Of a stretch of 64,000 nucleotides of DNA, positions 11,389 through 22,235 are shown piece after piece. Under the pieces are notes generated by a model. That model did not search any database and had not been told where the DNA came from. It saw only the letters and a program-made list of their open reading frames with translations. The DNA is from an uncultured bacterium (lineage in GTDB: Bacteria > Oederibacteriota > PGYV01 > Palsa-1178): assembly GCA_937889595.1 (NCBI GenBank), contig CALAOR010000089.1, positions 28,548-92,547 of the forward strand, written 5' to 3'. The first letter of the stretch is position 1. Each line of letters begins with the position of its first letter. A program made the position numbers and the translations under genes.

Positions 11389-12240
11389 ATGGCAACACTA
11401 AGAGCGATAAAAAAGAGGATAAAAAGCGCCGGAAACATACAGCAGATAACCAAAGCCATGAAAATGGTTTCCGCCGCTAAACTCAGGAAGTCGCAGGACC
11501 GCATCCTGGCGGCCAGGCCGTATTCTTCCAAAATAGCAGAAGTCATAGACGAATTGATCGTGAACGTAAAAGCTGAAAAGGGGAAGTATCCGCTGCTTCA
11601 GGAAAATAAGGGCGTGAAAAAAGAAGCCATAGTCCTTATAACGGCCGATAAGGGTCTCTGCGGAAGTTTTAACACGAATCTTGTAAAAGAAGCCATGATA
11701 AAGTACAGGGAAAATCCGGACATCAGCCTTTTCATAGTAGGCAAGAAGGGCCTGGACGCGTTTAAAAAACTCGGGCTTGAGATTGAAAAGTTCAAATTTA
11801 ACGACAAGAACATAAGCTGGGTCGATATTGAGGAAATAAGCGGGCAAATGCTCAAAAATTATATCGCGGGCAAGTACGCAAAAGTCACGGTGATTTTCAG
11901 CGAGTTCCAGACATCTCTCATGCAGAAAATAGTGAAAAAGCAGCTTGCTCCGGTGATATTTGAAGCCAAAGGGACCCCTGCCAGGGATTTTTTATATGAA
12001 CCCGGAGAAACAGAGGTTTTAAACGCCCTTCTCCTGCGTTATGTAAAGACCCAGTTATACAGGGCGGTTTTGGAGAGCCAGACCGCGGAACAGGGCGTGA
12101 GGATGGTTTCCATGGAAATGGCGACCAATAACGCGAAAGACATGATAAGGTCGCTCACACTGCTCGCGAATAAAACAAGGCAGGCCCAGATAACAAAGGA
12201 AATCCTGGAAATAGTATCAGGGGCGGAAGCTATAAAGTGA
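11389..12240 (+). CDS. atpG: F0F1 ATP synthase subunit gamma
   Basis: N-terminus MATLRAIKKRIKSAGNIQQITKAMKMVSAAKLRK and a C-terminal helix are typical of gamma. Confidence 0.9.
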   Translation: MATLRAIKKRIKSAGNIQQITKAMKMVSAAKLRKSQDRILAARPYSSKIAEVIDELIVNVKAEKGKYPLLQENKGVKKEAIVLITADKGLCGSFNTNLVKEAMIKYRENPDISLFIVGKKGLDAFKKLGLEIEKFKFNDKNISWVDIEEISGQMLKNYIAGKYAKVTVIFSEFQTSLMQKIVKKQLAPVIFEAKGTPARDFLYEPGETEVLNALLLRYVKTQLYRAVLESQTAEQGVRMVSMEMATNNAKDMIRSLTLLANKTRQAQITKEILEIVSGAEAIK

Positions 12241-12375
12241 TTTGATTGTTCTCTGTTCTGTGTTCTATGTTCTATGTTGGAGAACCAAAATAGAGAACAA
12301 ATAACAAAGAACAGAGAACAGAGAACAGAGAACAAAGAACAAAGAACAAAGAACAAAGAACAAATTGAACTCATA
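12241..12375. repeat. Inverted array of tandem heptamer repeats: (GTTCTRT)n on the left, (AGAACAR)n on the right, inside the atp operon between atpG and atpD
   Basis: The left arm reads tgttctctgttctgtgttctatgttctatg. The right arm reads agaacagagaacagagaacagagaacaaagaacaaagaacaaagaacaaagaacaa. Confidence 0.8.
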
Positions 12376-12389
12376 AACCCAGGAGGTAA

Positions 12390-13805
<1,416 letters not shown>

Positions 13806-13817
13806 GGCGGAATAAAA

Positions 13818-14246
13818 ATGGCAAAACTAATGACGATAGACATAGTAACACCTGAAAAGAGGATATTTGAAGGCAAAATAACGGAGTTAACCGCACCCGG
13901 TACGGACGGGGAGTTCGGGATACTTCCCGAGCACGCTCCTTTTGCCACTGCCATAGAACCGGGTGTTGTGACCATAGTAAAAGAAAACGGCGAGCGGGAA
14001 ATGCTGGCTGTCTCGGGCGGTTATATAGAAGTCACGCGTTACAAGGTCGTGCTTTTGGTCGAGTCAGCCGAGCGCGAGGGCGAAGTTGACATGGATACGT
14101 TAAAGCGCAGGAAAGAAGAAAAGGAAAAACTGCTCAAAACAAAAGACCGCAAAGACGTGGATTATGACATGATACAGGTGACGTTAGCCAGGGAGATAGC
14201 CAGGCTCAGGGCAAACGAAATATTGGGACGCAGGCAAAAAAGATAA
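13818..14246 (+). CDS. atpC: F0F1 ATP synthase subunit epsilon
   Basis: Length is 142 aa, with an N-terminal beta-sandwich followed by a C-terminal helical hairpin, at the end of the operon. Confidence 0.85.
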   Translation: MAKLMTIDIVTPEKRIFEGKITELTAPGTDGEFGILPEHAPFATAIEPGVVTIVKENGEREMLAVSGGYIEVTRYKVVLLVESAEREGEVDMDTLKRRKEEKEKLLKTKDRKDVDYDMIQVTLAREIARLRANEILGRRQKR

Positions 14247-14265
14247 GCGGTTTTGTGAATATAAA

Positions 14266-14298
14266 AGCCCCGGTGTAAAAGCCGGGGTTTTGTTTTTT
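14266..14298 (+). terminator. Rho-independent terminator of the atp operon
   Basis: The hairpin gccccggtgtaaaagccgggg is followed by a T-run. Confidence 0.7.
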
Positions 14299-14370
14299 GT
14301 AGAGCGGCTGCTTGCTGCCGCTCATCGTTGTGTAACCCCGCGTCAGAGAGGCAGCAAGCAGCCTCTCTAC
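14299..14370. repeat. Palindromic REP/MITE-like element, copy 1
   Basis: The sequence gtagagcggctgcttgctgccgctc...gagaggcagcaagcagcctctctac has a near-reverse-complement second copy at 47153..47300. Confidence 0.75.
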
Positions 14371-14406
14371 GGGTTTGAAAAAAAATACATCCGTGAAGGG
14401 AAATGA

Positions 14407-16230
14407 ATGGGACAGCAGGCCGGAAAGTATAATTTAGTCACGGTTCTAACCGTTCTATTAATTCTTGCCCTTGCGCAGGTCTTACCCGCCGAGAACGTCA
14501 CGCTCTGCTACCATAGTTTTGAATATTCCCTAAAAAACATTTATGCAACGCTTCCCGATGTGTTTGAATGGCAGACGGACTATATAAAAAGCAAAAACAT
14601 CCCAATAATAAGCCTGGAAGAGTTTGAAAAAAAATACGATTCAGGCGTTATGTCCGGCAACAGCGTGCTCATCACACTGGATGACGGATGGAAATCTTTT
14701 GACAACATACACCGCATAATCGACGATAAATGTTTCCCAATCACCATGTACATATACCCTTCTGTTATCGGGCGCAAGGAAAAATACGCTACACAGCAGG
14801 ATTTGCAGGGTTATGTGTCGGACCCGCTGATATCCATAGGTGTTCACAGCTATACGCATATACCCCTGACAAATCTCGACGGGGGCACGTTAAAAAGGGA
14901 AGTAATAAAGCCAATAGCGAAAATAAGGAAAATAACCGGCTCAAACCTGCCCCTTAACAGCTTTGCTTACCCTTACGGAATGTATGATTCGGCGGTTAAA
15001 GAGGCGGTTAAAGAAAACTACGGTTTTGCGTTTGGCGTAAATGACGAGTCAAATAACCAGCTCACGGACAGGTATAATCTCAACCGTTTTGTACTTTACA
15101 AGAACACAACTTTTGGGGAATTTATGGAAGTGATAAACCATATCTACGGCAAAAACAGGATAAGGGACCACAGGGTTCACGCGCTCGGGATCAGCATGGG
15201 CCTGAGCAAGTATTTCAAATACGCCAAGGTAAAGGTTTATGAATACAGGCCGTATGACGCAAATCAGTGCGTACTGGTCATGCCGGGTTCAAACATGGGC
15301 CCGGGATGGGTGTATAAAATCGCGGATAAAATGAAAAAAATGGGGATAAAAACATACATGACGGTCGGGAGGAACAATAACCTGCCGTTTTACAGGCCGG
15401 ACAAAGAAATGAAATTAATCACTTCATGGGGACTGCCCGAATACCTTGAAGACACAAAAAATCTCCTGGATTATGTGGTTGGCAAGGAAAAAAATATCGT
15501 CATATTGGTTTGGGGCGACAGTTTTGACCTTTTAACCGCGGCAATAGCGGCAAATCCCGGGTATTTTGGGAAAATAAAAGGAATATTGGCCGTTAACCCG
15601 TCCCTGCGCGGATGGGACGGGAACAAGGAATCATATAAAAAAGCGTACATGCAGCTTGACAGGTCCCTTGCCGCGGGGCAGTATTCAACCGAGAATATGT
15701 CGGTTTTTTTAAGCATAAAGACATTGTCGGACATGATGATCCTTAAACCGGATTCCATATCCCCTTTCGGGGCCGAACTCGGCTACAGGAATATTACGAA
15801 TAAGAAGATATTACTGAAAGCTCTTGATAATTTAAATCATCCCGACATGTCTATAAACCTGGATAACCGCGAATTCTCCATGGAAAGTTTTAAGGAGGCT
15901 TTTATGAGGCCTATGCCGCTTTTTTCAATGCTTGAACCAATAAAACTCATAAGGGACATAAATTTCCTAAAATACTCGGATTTTAGGGATGAAAGCCTGG
16001 GCATAAAAGGCCCTGATGGCGTGGCAGTGCCCGTGGTTGTTTTCTATAATGATGACTACTCCCCGAACGTCAGGGCCATGCAGGATACTTTCAAAAATGT
16101 GTCTTTTACCGTAAAACCAATCATGTCCGGGCAGTCAACCATAGAAATACTCCTGTCCGACAAGTTTTCAAATGAGGCTGAGAATGAAGTGCTTAATTTT
16201 ATGAGCGCGGTCCATCCGGGAAAAGACTGA
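14407..16230 (+). CDS. Polysaccharide deacetylase (CE4/NodB homology domain) with a C-terminal extension of unknown function
   Basis: It has a signal peptide and the NodB motifs ITLDDGW and HSYTH, plus a conserved AYPYG block. Confidence 0.7.
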   Translation: MGQQAGKYNLVTVLTVLLILALAQVLPAENVTLCYHSFEYSLKNIYATLPDVFEWQTDYIKSKNIPIISLEEFEKKYDSGVMSGNSVLITLDDGWKSFDNIHRIIDDKCFPITMYIYPSVIGRKEKYATQQDLQGYVSDPLISIGVHSYTHIPLTNLDGGTLKREVIKPIAKIRKITGSNLPLNSFAYPYGMYDSAVKEAVKENYGFAFGVNDESNNQLTDRYNLNRFVLYKNTTFGEFMEVINHIYGKNRIRDHRVHALGISMGLSKYFKYAKVKVYEYRPYDANQCVLVMPGSNMGPGWVYKIADKMKKMGIKTYMTVGRNNNLPFYRPDKEMKLITSWGLPEYLEDTKNLLDYVVGKEKNIVILVWGDSFDLLTAAIAANPGYFGKIKGILAVNPSLRGWDGNKESYKKAYMQLDRSLAAGQYSTENMSVFLSIKTLSDMMILKPDSISPFGAELGYRNITNKKILLKALDNLNHPDMSINLDNREFSMESFKEAFMRPMPLFSMLEPIKLIRDINFLKYSDFRDESLGIKGPDGVAVPVVVFYNDDYSPNVRAMQDTFKNVSFTVKPIMSGQSTIEILLSDKFSNEAENEVLNFMSAVHPGKD

Positions 16231-16431
16231 AGCAAATCGGATGAAATTTTTCCATGTGGTTCTTATTTTTGTTAAGCGTTTAAAAAGGAATGCTGTTGTT
16301 TAACGCAAAAAAATACCCATATTTTAAAGACGAAATTGTGTTTCAAAACCAATGAAACTATTAAATGAAATATTTGCCTAAATTAAGGGATAAAACGTGA
16401 AAAAGGCCGATAAATAAAGGCGAAAATATTC

Positions 16432-16460
16432 TTGACACTATAGTGTCGAAGTGATATATT
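16432..16460 (+). promoter_or_regulatory. Sigma70-like promoter (TTGACA-17-TATATT) with an embedded perfect 14-bp palindrome GACACTATAGTGTC, a candidate operator
   Basis: TTGACA lies at 16432-16437 and tatatt at 16455-16460. The palindrome spans 16434-16447, overlapping the -35 box and the spacer. Confidence 0.5.
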
Positions 16461-16481
16461 CTTTTGTAGAGAGGTGACTTT

Positions 16482-17426
16482 ATGAAAGTAAAAACGTCCG
16501 GAATTTTGGTTTTTACAGCGGTGTTTCTGTCTGTATTTTCCATTAATTTGCTTGCTGATCAGGGAACAACATCAGCGGTATTTTTAAAGCTTGAACAGGG
16601 AGTCAGGCCCATGGCTATGGGCGGGGCCTTTGTTGCCGCGGCTGATGATGTTAACGCGGTAATGTGGAACCCGGCAGGTCTGGCGGCACTTCCTGATTTT
16701 CAAATAACGCTTATGCATGTGATATATTTTGTTGACATGTTCTATTCATATGTTGCGGCGGCATATCCGGCGGGCGATATAGGCACATTCGGGCTTGGGC
16801 TTGTTTATGTTAATTCAGGGCCCATTAAAGCATGGGACAGCAGCGGAAACCCGGGCGCTGATTTTTCAGCGAGTGACATCGGCGTGAACCTCGCTTACGG
16901 GACAAAAATAAACCCCGAACTATCGCTCGGGTTCACGGTAAAGCTATTTGATGAAGCCATAAGTAATACCTCGCGGTTCGGGTTTGCGGCAGACATAGGC
17001 GGTATTTATAAACTGCCTGTCAAGGACCTTCAGATGGGGTTTGTCATAACAAACCTCGGGCCTAAATTCGGATTTGGCGACACTTTCATGCTGCCAATAC
17101 AGTTTAAAGGCGGCTTGAGCTATACCGGAGTAAAAAACCTTATGGTTAACCTGGATTACATACAACCCATAGAGACCAATGGAATAGTCGCGGTGGGGTT
17201 TGAATACTGGTATAAGAATATCATAGCTATACGCATGGGATACCAGTTTCAGGGAAAAATCGATCCAAATGCCCTTTATAATTACGTGGCCAGCCCCGGA
17301 GTACTTGCCGGATTTGTGGCGGGCGCGGGTATAAAATTAGACATATATGAGCTTGATTACTGTTACAAGCAGTATGGTGTTCTTGAAAGCACGCACAGGA
17401 TAGGGCTGACGCTTAAGTTTAAATAA
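16482..17426 (+). CDS. Outer-membrane beta-barrel protein of the FadL/PorV-like family
   Basis: It has a signal peptide and the N-terminal family signature RPMAMGGAFVAAADDVNAVMWNPAGLA. A C-terminal aromatic residue is present. Confidence 0.5.
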   Translation: MKVKTSGILVFTAVFLSVFSINLLADQGTTSAVFLKLEQGVRPMAMGGAFVAAADDVNAVMWNPAGLAALPDFQITLMHVIYFVDMFYSYVAAAYPAGDIGTFGLGLVYVNSGPIKAWDSSGNPGADFSASDIGVNLAYGTKINPELSLGFTVKLFDEAISNTSRFGFAADIGGIYKLPVKDLQMGFVITNLGPKFGFGDTFMLPIQFKGGLSYTGVKNLMVNLDYIQPIETNGIVAVGFEYWYKNIIAIRMGYQFQGKIDPNALYNYVASPGVLAGFVAGAGIKLDIYELDYCYKQYGVLESTHRIGLTLKFK

Positions 17427-17622
17427 TACGCGGGTTTAAATAATATGCGGATTAAAATGATATACTGGCCCGGGAAATTAAGCATTAAGAAAAGGGATAT
17501 AGTCTTTTTTTATATGCGTTTCAAACAGCTGTGGGGATTGCCATTAATACAAATTCGGATTTATCGGTAAAATGTTATGTTTTGGAAAAGATGTCCGGTC
17601 AAATAAAATTCAGGAGGCGAAG

Positions 17623-18723
17623 ATGGCAAGGGTAGTTTTAAAAAACGTTGGGAAAAAGTATGGCAATGTTGTGGCCGTAAAAGACGCTAATATAGTCTGC
17701 GAAGACAAGGAATTTTTAATACTTGTAGGGCCGTCAGGGTGCGGTAAGACAACGACGCTGCGCATGATAGCGGGCCTGGAAGAGATAACAACCGGCGAGA
17801 TATACATAGACGATGTGCTTGTAAATGACATACCGCCCAAAGACAGGGATATAGCGATGGTGTTCCAGAACTACGCGCTGTACCCGCATATGACAGTATA
17901 TGAGAACATGGCATTCGGATTAAAGCTGAGGAAGTACCCGGAAGCGGAGATCAAGCAGAGGGTAATGGAAGCTGCGGACATACTGAGTATAGAGAGATAT
18001 TTGAAGAGAAAGCCCAAGGAACTTTCCGGCGGAGAAAGGCAGAGGGTGGCCGTGGGCCGCGCCATAGTCAGGAAACCCAAAGTATTTTTATTTGACGAGC
18101 CGTTGTCAAACCTGGACGCGAAGCTGAGGGTGCAGATGAGGGCGGAGTTGTCAAAGCTGCACACCAGGCTGCAGGCGACGATGATATATGTGACACATGA
18201 CCAGGTAGAGGCCATGACAATGGGGGAAAAGATAGTTGTGATGAAGGCCACGGAGATACACCAGATATCGCCGCCGAAAGAACTGTATGACAAACCGAAA
18301 AACAAGTTTGTGGCCGGATTCATAGGGAGCCCGTCGATGAACTTCATAGACGGGACATTGGAGTCGAAAAAAGGCGGATTGTATTTCAACGAAGAGAATT
18401 TTGAAGTGCGGCTGCCGGATGCCATGGCGGAAAAGTTAAAGAGCCAGGCAGGGCAGGATATAACAATGGGGATAAGACCGGAAGACATATATGACAAGGT
18501 ATACGCGCCGAACGCGAGCGCGGATAACACGGTGGCCGCGACGGTCGAGGTCGTGGAGCACCTTGGAAGCGAAAGTTTTGTGTACTTAACGACCGGAAAG
18601 ACGCCGTTTATAGCAAAGATGGATTCTGACGCCGAGGTTGAGGTAAATCAGGAAGTGGAGCTTGTGTTTGACATGAACAAGGCCCATTTCTTTGATTCCA
18701 AGACCGAAGCTGCCATAATTTAA
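17623..18723 (+). CDS. Sugar ABC transporter ATP-binding protein (MalK/UgpC/MsmK family), orphan with no adjacent permease
   Basis: Motifs present: Walker A GPSGCGKTT, signature LSGGERQRV, Walker B FLFDEPLSNLD, and a MalK-like C-terminal regulatory domain. There is an RBS (aggagg) 8 nt upstream of ATG 17623. Confidence 0.85.
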   Translation: MARVVLKNVGKKYGNVVAVKDANIVCEDKEFLILVGPSGCGKTTTLRMIAGLEEITTGEIYIDDVLVNDIPPKDRDIAMVFQNYALYPHMTVYENMAFGLKLRKYPEAEIKQRVMEAADILSIERYLKRKPKELSGGERQRVAVGRAIVRKPKVFLFDEPLSNLDAKLRVQMRAELSKLHTRLQATMIYVTHDQVEAMTMGEKIVVMKATEIHQISPPKELYDKPKNKFVAGFIGSPSMNFIDGTLESKKGGLYFNEENFEVRLPDAMAEKLKSQAGQDITMGIRPEDIYDKVYAPNASADNTVAATVEVVEHLGSESFVYLTTGKTPFIAKMDSDAEVEVNQEVELVFDMNKAHFFDSKTEAAII

Positions 18724-18734
18724 AAGGAGGTAGT

Positions 18735-19748
18735 TTGATGAATGGTATAAAAATTAAAGTTTTAGCAATAGCCGCGTCAGCAGTTATTTTTTCAGCGGGT
18801 CTTTTTGCCGCTGCCCCGCAATCGGTTCAGTTTGCAGGGGAATCAATGGCAATAGGCGTGGGCGCAAGGCCTTTGGGCATGGGCGCGACATTTGCCGGTA
18901 TTGCGGACGACGCTTCCACTTCATATTGGAACCCTGCGGGCATGACGAACATTAACGGGGTTGAGGTATCGAGCGTTAAGCTGACAAGGATCAATGATCT
19001 TGATACAAATTATTCCTACGTCAACCTTGTTTATAATACCGGCGTAGCCGGAGCGATTGGCATAGGCTGGCTCAGGCAGTCAATCGGGGGTATAACGATT
19101 ACCGATTCATCGGGAACCATTGTTCCTGGAAAGGATAACATGTCGAACGCTGATAATGTTATATACCTCGCTTATGCGTACCCGATAACCAAGGGATTTT
19201 CAATAGGCTTGGGCGGAAAACTAATGCTTGGAAACTATCCCAACCAATACTCCACTGTTAACTACATGGGCGGAGGGCTTGACGTGGGTTTCTTCTTCAA
19301 AGCGGGTGAATTTGTGAAAGAACTGAAAGGGCTGCAGCTTGGCTTGAATCTTCAGGATGTAATTACCGAGATCAAATGGGATCCGATATCGGGCGTAACC
19401 ACTACCGCCGGAACCACGGAAAAAGTTGACATGAACGCCAAGCCCGGCATAGCGTATAAGATCGATTTTGGACAGTTCGAAATAACGCCCGCGATAGACC
19501 TTGACACCAAATATCAGCTTATAATTCACGGCGGTATGGAACTCTGGTGGAACAAGATGATAGCGATACGCGGAGGCATAAAAAGCTGGGGCGGAATCTC
19601 GAACGGCACGGCCGGCGGCACCCTGACCCAGAGGATGGACTGGAGCATGGGAGCTTCGATCAGATGGTACTTTATCGGCATAGACTATGCTTATGTAGAT
19701 TCCGAGCTGACGCCCGTACAGTACCTCTCAATTGTCGGGAAATTCTGA
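18735..19748 (+). CDS. Second FadL/PorV-like outer-membrane beta-barrel protein, a paralogue of 16482..17426
   Basis: It has a signal peptide and the shared motif RPLGMGATFAGIADDASTSYWNPAGM. Confidence 0.5.
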   Translation: MMNGIKIKVLAIAASAVIFSAGLFAAAPQSVQFAGESMAIGVGARPLGMGATFAGIADDASTSYWNPAGMTNINGVEVSSVKLTRINDLDTNYSYVNLVYNTGVAGAIGIGWLRQSIGGITITDSSGTIVPGKDNMSNADNVIYLAYAYPITKGFSIGLGGKLMLGNYPNQYSTVNYMGGGLDVGFFFKAGEFVKELKGLQLGLNLQDVITEIKWDPISGVTTTAGTTEKVDMNAKPGIAYKIDFGQFEITPAIDLDTKYQLIIHGGMELWWNKMIAIRGGIKSWGGISNGTAGGTLTQRMDWSMGASIRWYFIGIDYAYVDSELTPVQYLSIVGKF

Positions 19749-19823
19749 TCAGTTAAAAAACGGCTGAAAAGCGTTTCAGCGCAAATAAAAAGTTACGAAA
19801 AGGGATCATATATAGGTTATTTT

Positions 19824-19857
19824 AAAAGATAGGAGGGAGGGATCCCTCCTATCTTTT
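19824..19857 (+). terminator. Perfect 15-bp stem / GGGA-loop hairpin followed by T-rich sequence (terminator or attenuator)
   Basis: The sequence is aaaagataggaggga-ggga-tccctcctatctttt. Confidence 0.6.
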
Positions 19858-19881
19858 CTTATTAAAACAGGAGGTTCGTGC

Positions 19882-22227
19882 ATGCGATACGGATATTTTG
19901 ACGACGAGAACAGGGAATATGTTATAACAAGGCCCGATACACCGCTTCCGTGGATCAATTATCTCGGGGTTGATTCCTACTGCGGGCTCATGTCAAATAC
20001 GGCAGGCGGATACAGCTTTTATAAGGACGCGGCGCACAGGCGTCTTTTGCGCTACAGGTATAATAACGTTCCTTCAGACAGGCCGGGCAGGTATATTTAC
20101 CTGCGCGATAATAAATCAAAAGATTACTGGTCCGCCTCATGGCAGCCAACAAATAAGGACCTGAAAAAATATAAATATGAATGCAGGCACGGCCTTTCGT
20201 ACACGAAGATCAGCGCCGAGTACGCGGGCATCAAGAGCGAAACCGCGTATTTTGTTCCTATAGGCGAGGCAAATGAAATATGGAGGATCAAGGTAAAAAA
20301 CAACACAAACAAGGCGCGTTCGATCAGTTTGTTTACTTATGTGGAGTTCTGTCTTTGGGACGCTTTAAACGACATGACCGATTACCAGTACAACCTCAAC
20401 ATAGGAAAGACGGAATTCAGGAATAATTGCATGTACCATCTGACGCTCTATAACATGCACAAGCATAATTTCGCCTACTTCTGGTCAAACACGAAAGTTG
20501 CTTCATACGACGGCGTAAGGCAGGATTTTGTCGGACCGTACAGGGGCGAAGCAAACCCGATCGCGGTTGAAAACGGCAAGTGTTCGGGTTCTCTTGCGGT
20601 CGGATGGGCGCCGTTCGGTGGATTAAACGTAAACCTCACGCTTAAGGCAAAGGAAGAAAAAGAAGTGGTGTTTGTGCTGGGATATGGCGAAGGCCTGGGC
20701 GTTGAAAAGAAAATAATGGAAAAGTACAAGAACCCGAAAAACGTGGACAAGGCTTTGGCGGAATTAAAATCGCACTGGGACGAAAATCTCGCGAAGTACA
20801 CGGTAGAGACTCCGGACCCGGCGGTTAATTCCATGGTCAATATCTGGAACCAGTACCAGTGCAAGACAACATTTAACTGGTCGCGTTCGGCCTCCTACTA
20901 TGAAGCGGGCGGCGAGCGGGGCATGGGTTTCCGCGACTCAAACCAGGATACGCTCGGGTTTGCCCACCAGATACCCGACAAAGTGCGCTTAAGGCTGATC
21001 GACATAGCCTCGGTGCAGTTCCCGGAAGGCCGCGCGCATCACGGCTACTCGCCTTTGACCAAAAAAGGCAGCAAGGAAGGCTTCGGCGACGACCATTTGT
21101 GGCTGGTACAGGCAGTGCATAATTATATAAAAGAAACAGGCGACATGAACTTTTTAAATGAGCTTGTCCCGTATACGGACGGAAGCCGCGGCAAGATGTA
21201 TGAACACGTGCAGAGAGCCGTGGAATATTCATGGAACAACACAGGTTACCATGGCCTGCCAAAAGCAGGGACAGCCGACTGGAACGACTGCCTTAACTTA
21301 AGCGGGCCGAAAGGCATGGGCGTATCGGTCATGATAGCCTGCCAGTTTGTAATGGGCGCCAACCTGCTTTCGGAACTCGCAGAAAAATCAGGCAGGGTGC
21401 TTGATGTGGAAAAATACAGGGATATGGCCGTGGAAATGAAGAAAAGGATCAATGAAAAAGCCTGGGACGGCGAGTGGTACATGAGGGCCTTTGACGACAA
21501 CGGTACGCCGGTCGGGACATCCAAAACCGAAGAGGGAAAAATATGGCTTGAATCAAACACCTGGGCGGTAATGTCGGGGGTTGCCGAAGGCGACAGGATG
21601 ATACAGACACTGGACTCGATAAAAAAGAACCTTTACACAAAATACGGCATAGTGCTTTTCTACCCGGCATATTCACAGTACCATCCCGAGCTCGGCTATG
21701 TTTCGGTATTCCCGAGGGGCCTAAAAGAAAACGCGGCGATATTCTGCCACACAAATCCGTGGGCCATGTGTGCGGAAGCCATTGCCGGCCGCGGGGAGCA
21801 GGCATTTAAGTACTACAAGACCATACTGCCTTCCGCTTCAAACGACATAGCCGATATACACTGGACAGAGCCGTATGTATACTCGCAGATGATAGCTGGA
21901 AAAGAGCATAAGGACTTCGGGCAGGCAAAGAACAGCTGGCTGACCGGTACCGCGGCATGGAACTTTGTGGCGGCTTCACAGTATATACTCGGGGTAAGGC
22001 CGGATTTTGACGGATTGATCATAGACCCCTGCATACCCAAAACATGGAAGGGTTTTAAGGTTAAAAGGGTATGGAGGGGCACGACATACCGTATCAACGT
22101 GACAAACCCGAAGAAGGTAAACAAGGGCGTGTTTAACCTGACCGTTGACGGAAAAGCTGTTAAAGGCAATAAAGCGCCTATATTCAAGGACGGCAGGGAA
22201 CATACAGTTGAAGCAGTAATGGGATAG
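19882..22227 (+). CDS. Cellobiose (cellodextrin/chitobiose-type) phosphorylase, glycoside hydrolase family 94
   Basis: N-terminus MRYGYFDDENREYVITRPDTPLPWINYLG. Conserved blocks present include RDSNQDTLGF, ADWNDCLNL, KNSWLTGTAAWNF and GVRPDFDGL. Confidence 0.85.
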   Translation: MRYGYFDDENREYVITRPDTPLPWINYLGVDSYCGLMSNTAGGYSFYKDAAHRRLLRYRYNNVPSDRPGRYIYLRDNKSKDYWSASWQPTNKDLKKYKYECRHGLSYTKISAEYAGIKSETAYFVPIGEANEIWRIKVKNNTNKARSISLFTYVEFCLWDALNDMTDYQYNLNIGKTEFRNNCMYHLTLYNMHKHNFAYFWSNTKVASYDGVRQDFVGPYRGEANPIAVENGKCSGSLAVGWAPFGGLNVNLTLKAKEEKEVVFVLGYGEGLGVEKKIMEKYKNPKNVDKALAELKSHWDENLAKYTVETPDPAVNSMVNIWNQYQCKTTFNWSRSASYYEAGGERGMGFRDSNQDTLGFAHQIPDKVRLRLIDIASVQFPEGRAHHGYSPLTKKGSKEGFGDDHLWLVQAVHNYIKETGDMNFLNELVPYTDGSRGKMYEHVQRAVEYSWNNTGYHGLPKAGTADWNDCLNLSGPKGMGVSVMIACQFVMGANLLSELAEKSGRVLDVEKYRDMAVEMKKRINEKAWDGEWYMRAFDDNGTPVGTSKTEEGKIWLESNTWAVMSGVAEGDRMIQTLDSIKKNLYTKYGIVLFYPAYSQYHPELGYVSVFPRGLKENAAIFCHTNPWAMCAEAIAGRGEQAFKYYKTILPSASNDIADIHWTEPYVYSQMIAGKEHKDFGQAKNSWLTGTAAWNFVAASQYILGVRPDFDGLIIDPCIPKTWKGFKVKRVWRGTTYRINVTNPKKVNKGVFNLTVDGKAVKGNKAPIFKDGREHTVEAVMG

Positions 22228-22235
22228 GCGGGTAA

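Noticed and set aside
17871-18530. 219-aa minus-strand ORF antisense to the MalK-like ATPase
   Set aside because: The + frame has Walker A, signature and Walker B motifs in order. The antisense ORF has no motifs or RBS.
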